Below are positions 18,712-29,000 of a DNA stretch of 40,514 nt, piece by piece. The stretch comes from Devosia equisanguinis. Lineage in GTDB: Bacteria; Pseudomonadota; Alphaproteobacteria; Rhizobiales; Hyphomicrobiaceae. Below the pieces are notes generated by a model. The model had not been told where the DNA came from. It made no database searches and saw only the letters and a list, made by a program, of their open reading frames with translations. The stretch is taken from contig CAMDPA010000001.1 in the NCBI GenBank assembly GCA_945903565.1, positions 1 to 40,514 on the forward strand, given 5' to 3'. Each line of letters begins with the position of its first letter. Position 1 is the first letter of the stretch. The position numbers were made by a program, and so were the translations under genes.

Positions 18712-19717
18712 ACCTCGTCCCGATCCCCGGCATGATCTCCGCCGCGAACCGGCGCAGACTTTGCCGCACCTGCAGCCCGCCGTTGAGCAGCACGTAGCGC
18801 ACGCCGACCGCCTGCAACGCCTCAAGCTCGGCGACGATGCGATCCGGCGTGCCGTATAGCGCATTCGCTTCCGTCCCGCCGGGCGTGTCGGCATAGGCGG
18901 TGATGTGCGACCGGTTGGAACCATCCGGCGATCGCGACACCGCAACCATCCGCGCATGAACCTGCGCCTGCCGCTCCAACGCGGCAGCCGCTTCGGCCGC
19001 ATTGTCGGCGACATAGAAATTGCGCGCCACCGCCACCTGCATCGGATCGAACGTGCCGCCGCGCGCCTCCACCGCCGACCTGTACGATGCCAGCCGCGCA
19101 CCGATCGTCGCGGTATCGGCGAACTGATCGAGCAAGAGATTGCACCTGAGCGCGGCTACCTTGCGGATCGATTCGTCCTTGCCCGCCGCAATCCACACGG
19201 GGGGATGCGGACGTTGCGAGGTCGGCGGTTCGACGATGATGTCCTTGTACTGCCAGAACCGGCCGGCGAGCGAAAACCGCTCGTCCGATGTCCAGGCTTT
19301 CCGGATCACGCCCAGCGCCTCGTCAAAGCGCGCTTCCGCTTCCGCCACCGGCATGCAGAAGCCGTCGAACTCGGTGTGCCGGTAGCCCCGGCCGATACCG
19401 AAATCGAGCCGCCCGCCCGACAGCAAATCCACGGTCGCGGCCTGCTCGGCCAACATGACGGGGTTGTGCCACGGCAGCACGATCACCGCCGTGCCGATTC
19501 GCAGGGTGCTGGTGCGGGCGGCAAGCCAGCCCTGCACATCGAGCGAGGCCGAGACCTGGCCCATGCCGCTGAAATGGTGCTCGACCAGGAAGCTCGAATA
19601 GAGCCCGAGCGCCTCGGCCTCTATGTTGGTCTCAACATAGTCGTGCAGTCCGCGCGCCGCCTCAGCGCCCGATACGCCGCGCCGCGCCGCCGCGCTGCCG
19701 AACAAGCCGAATCGCAT
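18707..19717 (-). CDS. LLM-class (luciferase-like) flavin-dependent oxidoreductase
   Basis: 336 aa. MRFGLFG..., LVEHHFSG, TSTLRIGTAVIVLPWHNPVMLAEQAATVDLLSGGRLDFGIGRGY, all typical of the bacterial luciferase-like monooxygenase family. GGAG 8 nt upstream. Confidence 0.88.
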   Translation of the reverse strand: MRFGLFGSAAARRGVSGAEAARGLHDYVETNIEAEALGLYSSFLVEHHFSGMGQVSASLDVQGWLAARTSTLRIGTAVIVLPWHNPVMLAEQAATVDLLSGGRLDFGIGRGYRHTEFDGFCMPVAEAEARFDEALGVIRKAWTSDERFSLAGRFWQYKDIIVEPPTSQRPHPPVWIAAGKDESIRKVAALRCNLLLDQFADTATIGARLASYRSAVEARGGTFDPMQVAVARNFYVADNAAEAAAALERQAQVHARMVAVSRSPDGSNRSHITAYADTPGGTEANALYGTPDRIVAELEALQAVGVRYVLLNGGLQVRQSLRRFAAEIMPGIGTRS

Positions 19718-19753
19718 AGTGTGCTCCGTGCCCGGCCTCGGCCTACCTAACCT

Positions 19754-19912
19754 TTATCGCGTCAGCCAGGCCAGCACACCGACGGCGACGGCAATCGCAG
19801 CCATCCAGCGCCAGGACGTATCGCGCTCCAGTTCCGTGTTGTCCGGATGATGCCGATCGTCTTCCACAAGGCCCCCTAATTCATCCGCGAGCGGATGCAC
19901 GATGCCATTCAT
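19754..19912 (-). CDS. possible 52-aa tail-anchored small membrane protein
   Basis: Below the ORF-track cut-off. ATG at 19912 is preceded by TGGGGG and, about 20 nt upstream, a perfect TATAAT (19935-19930). Sequence MNGIVHPLADELGGLVEDDRHHPDNTELERDTSWRWMAAIAVAVGVLAWLTR: acidic/His N-half, one C-terminal helix. Mostly G/C third positions. No homology evidence. Confidence 0.35.
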   Translation of the reverse strand: MNGIVHPLADELGGLVEDDRHHPDNTELERDTSWRWMAAIAVAVGVLAWLTR

Positions 19913-20041
19913 ATCGCCCCCACACGCCGATTATAGCGCGGTGACGCTACCCCACGAATCAGACTGTGGATAGCGGGCATCGACGCACTGTTTCCCCATC
20001 GATGCCCACCGGCCCCCGCCGAATCGGCGCATAGTCCGCCC

Positions 20042-22036
20042 ATGAAGTTTCCACCCAACCTCCTCGACGACATCCGCGCCCGGCTATCGGTCAGCCAGGT
20101 CGTCTCACGCAAGGTCGCCTTGAAGCGCTCCGGGCGTGAGTTCCGGGGTTTGTCGCCGTTCAAGGTGGAGAAATCCCCGTCGTTTTTCGTCAACGACCAG
20201 AAGGGCTTTTATCACTGCTTCGCGTCCGGCGAGCATGGTGACATCTTCAAGTTCGTGATGGAGACGGAGGGGTTGTCGTTCCCAGAGGCGGTCGAGCAGT
20301 TGGCAGCTGAAGCGGGCGTTCCCATGCCCAAGCCGGACGCGCACGAAGCCAAGCGCGAGGACGAACGCACCCGCCTGCAGGGACTTCTGGAAGCCTCCGC
20401 CCGCCATTTCGAGGACAACCTCAAAGGCGCCGGTGGCGCCGAAGCGCGCCGCTACATCAACGGCCGCGGATTGGCGCAGGAGACCATCCGCCGTTTCCGC
20501 ATCGGCTACGCGTTGCCGGGTCGCCATGTCCTGCAGGAGCATCTCGCCAAGCTCGGCTACACCGTCGAGGAGATGATCCTGTCGGGCATGCTGATCGGCG
20601 GCGAGGATATCAAGCAGCCCTACGACCGCTTCCGCCATCGCGTGATGTTCCCGATCACCGACCTCAAGGACCGCGCGATCGCGTTCGGCGGCCGCGCGCT
20701 GGAGAAGGACGAGCGCGCCAAGTACCTCAACTCGCCGGAGACGCCGCTGTTTCACAAGGGCGCGATCCTGTTCAACGCCGCCAAGGCGCGCCCCATCGCG
20801 CATGAACGCGAGCGCCTGATCATCGTCGAAGGCTACATGGACGTCGTTTCGCTGACGGCCGCTGGTTTCGGCGAAAGCGTCGCCCCGCTGGGCACGGCAT
20901 TGACCGAAGATCAGATGAAGCTCGTCTGGCGCCTCGTGCCCGAGCCGATCCTGTGTTTTGACGGTGACAGCGCCGGCAAGAAAGCCGCACATCGCGCCAT
21001 CGATACGATCCTGCCCCACCTGAAACCCGGTTTCAGCGCCGGCTTCGCTTTCCTGCCCGATGGCATGGATCCCGACGACCTCTGCCGCCAGGAAGGGCCC
21101 GACGCCATGCAGGCGGTGCTCGCCAAGGCTCAGCCGCTTGCCGAGGTGTTGTGGGACCGCGAATTCGCCTCGGGCGACTGGTCGACGCCGGAACGCCGCG
21201 CCCGCTTGCAGCAGCAGGTGACCCAGCTCGTCGATCGCATCGGCGATCCCTCGGTTCGCACCCACTATGCCAGCGCGATGCGCGAGCGGCTGGCGGCGGC
21301 GTGGGCGCCCGCTTATCGGCAAGGAGGGCATCGGCAAGGCCAGGATTCGTTCGACCAACGCGCCGGCGGTGCTTCGCCATCTGGACGCACCGTTCACGCC
21401 GCCGCCCGCGATGCCTACCGCATCCCCGGCCAGGCCAAGCCGTTCCAGCGCAATGCGGCCCCACGCAGCCCCGGTGGCGGCAAGGGCAACTGGAACAATC
21501 AGCCCCCACCGCCCGCGATCGCCAGCGCCAGTCTGCGCCGCAGCGGCATGGTGGATGCCGATTCCGGACACCCCTCGCACCGCGAGGCCTTGATCATGCT
21601 GGCGTTGCTCAACCACCCCTGGTTGATCGAATCCGATCTCGAGCGCGTGGCGGCCATCGAATTCACCTCCGGCGCCCTGAACCGGCTACGCGATGCACTG
21701 CTTACGATGGCATCCGGCGATATTTCCCTTGACAGAGCGCACGTGCGATCCCAACTGGACAGCTTGGGCTTGTCGAAAGTTGTAGATCTCGTCGAGCGGG
21801 CGATCACGCACAAATGCGATCGGTTCGCGGAGCCGGATGCTGACGCAGTCGAGGCGGAGACAGGCTGGCGCCACTCCCTCGGTCTGCACGAGCAGCATTC
21901 CATGCTTCGCAAGGCCTTAGCGGCTGCCGAGCGCGATTTGAATGCGGAGGGCAGCGAAGATGCCTGGGCCCGTATCATCGAGATCAAGCAGCAATTGGCA
22001 CGCTCGGAGGACCTGAAACTACCGTCCGGCGGTTGA
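20042..22036 (+). CDS. dnaG: DNA primase
   Basis: 664 aa. N-terminal zinc-binding-domain homologue (FYHCFASGEHGDIFKFVMETEGLSFPEAVEQLA), RNA polymerase core, Toprim (LIIVEGYMDVVSL...FDGDSAGKKAA). Conserved dnaG-rpoD order. Confidence 0.95.
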   Translation: MKFPPNLLDDIRARLSVSQVVSRKVALKRSGREFRGLSPFKVEKSPSFFVNDQKGFYHCFASGEHGDIFKFVMETEGLSFPEAVEQLAAEAGVPMPKPDAHEAKREDERTRLQGLLEASARHFEDNLKGAGGAEARRYINGRGLAQETIRRFRIGYALPGRHVLQEHLAKLGYTVEEMILSGMLIGGEDIKQPYDRFRHRVMFPITDLKDRAIAFGGRALEKDERAKYLNSPETPLFHKGAILFNAAKARPIAHERERLIIVEGYMDVVSLTAAGFGESVAPLGTALTEDQMKLVWRLVPEPILCFDGDSAGKKAAHRAIDTILPHLKPGFSAGFAFLPDGMDPDDLCRQEGPDAMQAVLAKAQPLAEVLWDREFASGDWSTPERRARLQQQVTQLVDRIGDPSVRTHYASAMRERLAAAWAPAYRQGGHRQGQDSFDQRAGGASPSGRTVHAAARDAYRIPGQAKPFQRNAAPRSPGGGKGNWNNQPPPPAIASASLRRSGMVDADSGHPSHREALIMLALLNHPWLIESDLERVAAIEFTSGALNRLRDALLTMASGDISLDRAHVRSQLDSLGLSKVVDLVERAITHKCDRFAEPDADAVEAETGWRHSLGLHEQHSMLRKALAAAERDLNAEGSEDAWARIIEIKQQLARSEDLKLPSGG

Positions 22037-22384
22037 TCGGCCTGGGACCAGTGCAGAACAAGGCTTATGCCTCTGCCGCCCTGAGCGCTGTGCATCAACA
22101 TTCGGCGTATTCGTTGTGTCGTGCCTGCAACATCATACGCGTAAGCCAACCACTACAGGACATCAGGCAAACCGACCGAGGCTCCGCCGGAATGACGACC
22201 GCCGCTGGCACACTCCCGCTCCCCCCGCGCATCACGGCCTTTGGCCCGCGCGGCTGGGTGAAGATCGAGGGCGTGCAGCGGATGGTTTTTCGGCAGCCAA
22301 GGCATGAATGTTGCACCCACGACACTATATAAGAAACAATCGACATCATGGCCTTTCAGGCCGCGACCAGAACGGAGCACCGCT

Positions 22385-24451
<2,067 letters not shown>

Positions 24452-24461
24452 TCGGAAATGA

Positions 24462-24743
24462 ATGGCGATGCCGACGATCTCCCTATTCTACGGCATCGCC
24501 ATTCGAATGTACGTTCGGGATCACGCACCACCACATTTCCATGCGGTCTATGCGGAGCACGAAGCGTATATTGACATTGCATCAGGCGAGATCATCAAGG
24601 GTCGGGTTCCCAAAGCGGCACGCCGGATGGTCCGTGAGTGGTGCGAACTTCACAGGGACAAATTGATGGAGAATTGGCGCCGTCGCGATACCGACGAGCC
24701 ATTCGAGAGGATACCGGGTCTCGATGCTGACCAAGGTGATTGA
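24462..24743 (+). CDS. DUF4160 domain-containing protein
   Basis: Starts 10 nt after the rpoD stop (ATG 24462, alternative ATG 24468). [33 protein letters not shown] is the family signature as I recall it. Confidence 0.8.
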   Translation: MAMPTISLFYGIAIRMYVRDHAPPHFHAVYAEHEAYIDIASGEIIKGRVPKAARRMVREWCELHRDKLMENWRRRDTDEPFERIPGLDADQGD

Positions 24744-24993
24744 GATAAAGGCGATCGCGCCGTTTGCTATCCAGGTCACGTTCAATGACGGGACGTCCGG
24801 GGTGCACGATTGCGCGGGCGATATAGGGGGGACCGGACCGATGGTTCTTCCGCTGCGGGATCCAGCTTATTTCGCACGCGTATTTCTCGAGTTCGGCGCA
24901 CCGACATGGCCGAACGGCTTCGACATGGCGCCGGAATGGCTGCAGCGCGAAATGCGGGCAGCAGGTGAGTTGCGCTCAATCGCCGCCGAATAA
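24724..24993 (+). CDS. DUF2442 domain-containing protein
   Basis: Overlaps the previous ORF by 20 nt. 89 aa, [25 protein letters not shown]...WPNGFDMAPEWL. This is the usual partner of DUF4160 genes. Confidence 0.75.
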   Translation: MLTKVIEIKAIAPFAIQVTFNDGTSGVHDCAGDIGGTGPMVLPLRDPAYFARVFLEFGAPTWPNGFDMAPEWLQREMRAAGELRSIAAE

Positions 24994-25069
24994 ATCGCTC
25001 ACGCGATGCGAGAGGCTACGCGCCTCTCGCGCTCTCTGCGCCAGGGCTGTGCCCTGGACCCGCACTATT
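24994..25069 (+). repeat. triple-hairpin interspersed repeat, copy B
   Basis: ATCGC-tcac-GCGAT, then GCGAGAGGC-tacgc-GCCTCTCGC, then CCAGGGC-tgt-GCCCTGG, then GACCCGC. Starts 1 nt after the DUF2442 stop. Confidence 0.8.
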
Positions 25070-25098
25070 GGCGCCAAACGTTCGTTCGAGCCAGGCCA

Positions 25099-25233
25099 CG
25101 TAGGTTGGGTCAAGCGGTGCGGAGCGCCGCGCGACCCAACGTCGGAGCCACGCGGTCAGCCGTCTTGCCGCCGCGCACAATTGCCGCCTTCGCGTGTAAT
25201 GTTGGGTCGCGGAAGTGCTTGACCCAACCTACG
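25099..25233. repeat. 135-bp unit bounded by a perfect 17-bp inverted repeat (two opposed REP-like palindromes)
   Basis: CGTAGGTTGGGTCAAGC (25099-25115) and GCTTGACCCAACCTACG (25217-25233). Each end is itself a hairpin: GTTGGGTC...GACCCAAC. Confidence 0.8.
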
Positions 25234-25306
25234 CCTGGCGCCCAATCGACGGGTCCAGGGCCCCGGGGATGCAAGGGGCGGACAGCCCCTTGCTGCGCGT
25301 AGCGCA

Positions 25307-25408
25307 CTAAGCAGACTTTCGTTGAAAGACCAACGAATCGTCTGCTTAGATTCTTGCCTCAGCAGAGTTTTATCGCAAAACCGCGTAGGACACTTTTGCG
25401 AACTCTGC
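25307..25408. other. two long A/T-richer composite stem-loops downstream of the DUF1330 genes
   Basis: Hairpin 1: CTAAGCAGAC-t-TTCGTTG-aaagac-CAACGAA-tc-GTCTGCTTAG (25307-25349). Hairpin 2: GCAGAGTT-ttat-CGCAAAA-13 nt-TTTTGCG-AACTCTGC (25362-25408). No clean T-tract on the minus strand; TTT follows hairpin 2 on the plus strand. Confidence 0.6.
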
Positions 25409-25418
25409 TTTGGCGACC

Positions 25419-25709
25419 TCAGAGACCTTCGACGATCCGGATATCGCGATCCGCGCCGTCGCCGAGCAGCTTCAGCGCCGCTTGATATTCAGCGCTGTCG
25501 TGCGCAGCGATCGCCGCGGCGACGCTCGGGAACTCGGTCACGACGACGCGCTGCATCTTGCCATTCTCGAAGGTCTTGGCGGGATTACCGCGCACCACGA
25601 ACTTGCCGCCGCCGGCTTCGATCGCGGGGCCCGCGAGCTTGGCGTAGGCCGCCAGATTGTCCGGCTTCGAAATCGAATTATACGTCGTAACCCAATAACC
25701 CTTGCCCAT
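25419..25709 (-). CDS. DUF1330 domain-containing protein
   Basis: 96 aa. MGKGYWVTTYNSISKPDNLAAYAKLAGPAIEAGGGKFVVRG...VVTEFPSVAAAIAAHDSAEYQAAL...RDIRIVEGL, a small alpha+beta (Dabb-like) family. Confidence 0.85.
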   Translation of the reverse strand: MGKGYWVTTYNSISKPDNLAAYAKLAGPAIEAGGGKFVVRGNPAKTFENGKMQRVVVTEFPSVAAAIAAHDSAEYQAALKLLGDGADRDIRIVEGL

Positions 25710-25776
25710 GTTCTCTCTCCTTGGTTGAAGTCGAAGTGCGCGTGGGGTGAGACCCGCAGGGTCAGACCCCGACCTA

Positions 25777-26067
25777 TTAAAGCCCTTCCACGATCCGGAT
25801 GTCGCGGTCGGCGCCGTCGCCCAGCGCCTTGAGCGCGGCCTGATAACCGGGGCTGTCGTGGGCGGCGATGGCGGCGGCCACGCTGTCGAACTCGCTGACG
25901 ACGACGCGCTGCATCAGGCCGTTTTCGAAGGTCTTCGACGGCATGCCGCGCAGGAGATAGCGCCCGCCGAGTACCTCGATCGCAGGGCTAGCGAGCTTCG
26001 CATATGCCGCCATCTTGTCCGCGTCTTTGATCCCACGATACGTCGTGATCCAGTATCCCTTGGCCAT
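25777..26067 (-). CDS. DUF1330 domain-containing protein (tandem paralogue)
   Basis: 96 aa, collinear with the neighbour and identical over long stretches (AAYAKLA.PAIE, MQRVVV.EF.SVAAAIAAHDS, GDGADRDIRIVEGL). Confidence 0.85.
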   Translation of the reverse strand: MAKGYWITTYRGIKDADKMAAYAKLASPAIEVLGGRYLLRGMPSKTFENGLMQRVVVSEFDSVAAAIAAHDSPGYQAALKALGDGADRDIRIVEGL

Positions 26068-26146
26068 TATCGGCGTCTCCTCGTTGGGTGTTGCACCAGC
26101 TTAGCAAGATGCGGGCGCGAGACAAGTTTGCTCGCCGCAAGCCGAT

Positions 26147-26224
26147 ATCGCTAACGCGATACGAGGGCCTACGCGGCCCTCGCGCTCCCGCGCCAGGGGC
26201 CTGCCCCTGGACCCGTCCTTATTG
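26147..26224 (+). repeat. triple-hairpin interspersed repeat, copy C
   Basis: ATCGC-taac-GCGAT, then CGAGGGCC-tacgc-GGCCCTCG, then CCAGGGGC-ct-GCCCCTGG, then GACCCGTC. Ends 10 nt before the ThDP-enzyme stop. Confidence 0.8.
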
Positions 26225-26233
26225 TGGGGCGGC

Positions 26234-27940
26234 TTACTTCTCCCGCGCCGCACGCACCTTCTCGATCGCGCCATCGAAAAACGTGATCGGCGGATAGGCT
26301 TCGGGGTCGGTGTGTACGTCGATCAGCGTCGTTTCGTTGAGGGTGAGCGCTTCCTTCACCGCCGGCAGATATTCCGACGCGTGCTCGACCCGCACACCCC
26401 GGCAGCCGCATGCGCGCGCGATCGCGGCATGATCGACCGGCGAGAAATAGCAGGCGCCGGAATGGCGGCCGAACTTCACGTCCTCCGCGTCCTTCTGATA
26501 ACCAAGCACGCCGTTGTTGAGGATCGTCAGCACGATGTTGGTGCCGGTGCGCTTGCACGTCTCCAATTCCGACCAGACGTGACCGAAGCCGCCGTCGCCT
26601 GCGACGCACAGCACGGGCGAATTCGGATTGGCGACCTTCGCGCCGATTGCCATCGGCAGGCCCCAGCCGAGACCGGCGAGCCCGCGCGGCGTGATGAAGC
26701 GCATGCCAGGTGTCAGCGAACGCAGATAGCAGGCGATCCACAGCGTGGAATAGCTCGCATCCGCCACGACGATCGTGTCGGGCGTGAGGATCTGCGCGAG
26801 ATCGGCCATCATGCGCTCAGGGCGTACGGGACTCGTATTCGCGTGCAGCACCGGCGCGATATCGACGGCGTGCTTTTTGCGAGCGTCGGCGATGCGGGCT
26901 TCGAGTTCGGGCTGCGGCTTGCGCTTGCCGGTAAGCCCATCGATCAGCGCCTGCAGCGTCAGCTTGGCATCGCCGACGAGCCGCACGGACTCGTAGTTGC
27001 GGCCAACTTCCGTCCCGTCGATGTCGAGATGTATGTAGCGCGCGCCGTCAGGATAAAGCTGCCAGCTATCCGTACCGTTCTGATTGGTGCGTGTGCCGAT
27101 CAACAGCACCACATCGGCTTCCTCGACGATGCCGCGCATATATCGCGCCGGCGAGAGCTTGCCCAGGCTGTAACCGGCGACGCCGATCGACAGCGGATGG
27201 CGCTCGTCGATTGCGCCCTTGCCCATCACCGTGGTCATGACAGGAAAATGCCCGATTGCCTGCAACTTCGCGACTTCATCGCACGCGCCGGACAGATGCA
27301 CACCGCCACCGGCGACGACCAGCGGCTTCTTCGCGCCGGCAAGCAAGCGCACGGCTTCCTTGATCTGCACGGGATCGGCGGTCACGCGGTCGAGCGGAAT
27401 CGAACCCAGATTCGCACGCCGATGCTTCGGCTCGGCGACGGCCTCCAGCAGCAGATCGGCCGGCAGCATCAGCACAGCAGGCCCCGGCCGCCCACTCGTC
27501 GCTGCGGTGAAGGCCATGTCGATATAGTCGGCGACGCGGCTCGGCTCCGTCACACGCCGCACCCACTTCGTGACCGGCAGGAACATGCCGATGTGGTCGG
27601 CATCCTGAAAGGCGTTGCGATCGGTCTGCGGGCGGTTCACGTCCTGCACCAGCGCGACCACGGGGATCGACGATTTCAACGCCTCGGCCAGCGGTGGCAC
27701 CAGCAGCGTCGCGGCAGGACCATTCTGGCCGAGCACCACGGCCACGTGATTGGTCATGCGCGCGAAGCCGTCGGCCATCGCACCACCGGCGTTCTCCGTG
27801 CGATAGGTGAACTGGCGAATGCCCAGATCCTCTGCCGCCAGTGCAACCGCCGACGGCAAGCTCTGCGAGAAGATCACATTGACGCCATGCCGCTTCAGCG
27901 ATTGAGCGACCACCAAGGCCACGGTAAGTGTTGCCGTCAT
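26234..27940 (-). CDS. thiamine diphosphate-dependent enzyme (acetolactate synthase large-subunit-like family)
   Basis: 568 aa. N-terminal Pyr domain (VALVVAQSLKRHGVNVIF...RTENAGGAMADGFAR), central domain, C-terminal ThDP motif GDGGFGHVWSELETCKRTGTNIVLTILNNGVLG. Confidence 0.88.
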   Translation of the reverse strand: MTATLTVALVVAQSLKRHGVNVIFSQSLPSAVALAAEDLGIRQFTYRTENAGGAMADGFARMTNHVAVVLGQNGPAATLLVPPLAEALKSSIPVVALVQDVNRPQTDRNAFQDADHIGMFLPVTKWVRRVTEPSRVADYIDMAFTAATSGRPGPAVLMLPADLLLEAVAEPKHRRANLGSIPLDRVTADPVQIKEAVRLLAGAKKPLVVAGGGVHLSGACDEVAKLQAIGHFPVMTTVMGKGAIDERHPLSIGVAGYSLGKLSPARYMRGIVEEADVVLLIGTRTNQNGTDSWQLYPDGARYIHLDIDGTEVGRNYESVRLVGDAKLTLQALIDGLTGKRKPQPELEARIADARKKHAVDIAPVLHANTSPVRPERMMADLAQILTPDTIVVADASYSTLWIACYLRSLTPGMRFITPRGLAGLGWGLPMAIGAKVANPNSPVLCVAGDGGFGHVWSELETCKRTGTNIVLTILNNGVLGYQKDAEDVKFGRHSGACYFSPVDHAAIARACGCRGVRVEHASEYLPAVKEALTLNETTLIDVHTDPEAYPPITFFDGAIEKVRAAREK

Positions 27941-28012
27941 TCTCGCATCTCCTGCAGCGTCAGGCGCACTCGCACGACAGCGCGCCCGGCCAAATCACCT
28001 ACGGAGCCTCAC

Positions 28013-28810
28013 GTGTCAAGCAACGTCGACATCGGCCGTTACCGCACCAAGCTTTCAGATTATGAAAGCCGCTACGAGACGATCAAGTTCCGCCGCGACG
28101 ACGGCATCCTTGAAATGCAGCTCCACACCGATGGCGGACCGCTGCGCTGGGGCCGGCTGCCGCATATCGAGCTCGACGAAGCCTTCTCCTTCATCGCACG
28201 CGACCGCGACAACAAGGTGATCGTGCTGACCGGCACGGGCGCTGAATTCTCCGGCCCCGCGCCCGACCTCGACGCCAACCGCAAGTACCATTCGATGGGC
28301 CCGGAGGAGTGGGGCGAGCTCGGCTGGGAGGCCAAGGGCTTCCACACCAATCTGCTCGCGATCGACGTGCCGATGATCGCAGCGGTCAACGGCCCCGCCT
28401 ATCGCCACGCCGAATTGCCGATCATGTGCGACGTCGTGCTCGCCTCGGACACCGCGAGCTTCCAGGATTCCGCGCACTACGTGGGCGGCCTCGTTCCCGG
28501 CGATGGCGTCCACATCGCCTTCGCGATGGCGATGGGCATCAACCGCGCGCGCTATTTCCTGCTCACGGGCCAAGTGCTCGGCGCGCAGGAAGCCAAGGAG
28601 GTCGGCCTCGTCAACGAGGTGCTGGCGCCCGACAAGCTGATGCCCCGCGCCTGGGAATTGGCCCGCCAGATCGCACGCCAGCCCGAGTTGAACAGGCGGT
28701 ACTCGCGCATCCTGCTGACGGAGCAGTTGCGGCGGCAATTCGCGGAGCTGTTGCCGTATGGGTTGGCGCTGGAGGGTCTCGCGATCACGGCGATCCGGCC
28801 GAAGCCGTAG
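28013..28810 (+). CDS. crotonase/enoyl-CoA hydratase-superfamily protein, non-canonical active site
   Basis: This is the 3' part of the artefactual 862-aa ORF 26222..28810. In-frame GTG at 28013 lies 6 nt after GGAG (28003-28006). VIVLTGTGAEFSG, IAAVNGPAYRHAELPIMCDVVLA, FQDSAHYVGGLVPGDG. Confidence 0.82.
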   Translation: MSSNVDIGRYRTKLSDYESRYETIKFRRDDGILEMQLHTDGGPLRWGRLPHIELDEAFSFIARDRDNKVIVLTGTGAEFSGPAPDLDANRKYHSMGPEEWGELGWEAKGFHTNLLAIDVPMIAAVNGPAYRHAELPIMCDVVLASDTASFQDSAHYVGGLVPGDGVHIAFAMAMGINRARYFLLTGQVLGAQEAKEVGLVNEVLAPDKLMPRAWELARQIARQPELNRRYSRILLTEQLRRQFAELLPYGLALEGLAITAIRPKP

Positions 28811-28970
28811 GTTGGGTTAGGCGCGCGGGCGCGCCGCAACCCAACAACGGAACCACGACGGAACGTGTTTGCGCCGACAAGCAAACGTGTGCCGCAAAGT
28901 GTCGGGTCTCGCAAATACTCTACCCGACGCCACCGCAATTCGTAGGTCGGGTCGAGGAACGAGACCCGAC
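28806..28970. repeat. cluster of REP-like palindromes between the crotonase and hydrolase genes
   Basis: CGTAGGTTGGGTT...AACCCAAC (28806-28845, with inner GGCGCGC/GCGCGCC), GTTTGC...GCAAAC (28867-28886), GTCGGGT...ACCCGAC (28901-28928), CGTAGGTCGGGTC-gaggaacga-GACCCGAC (28941-28970). Confidence 0.75.
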
Positions 28971-29000
28971 ATCTCAGACGAAAGAAACGAGGGGAACACC

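Noticed and set aside
24965-25307. ORFs 24965..25222 (+), 25006..25302 (+) and 25110..25307 (-) in the repeat-rich block
   Set aside because: They are composed almost entirely of translated palindromic repeats, overlap one another, and have no start-site signals.
26222-28012. 5' two-thirds of the 862-aa plus-strand ORF 26222..28810
   Set aside because: It runs antisense to the well-supported ThDP enzyme gene. Its translation is Arg/Gly/His-rich, as is typical of high-GC shadow frames. Recognisable crotonase sequence begins only after the in-frame GTG at 28013, which has its own SD.
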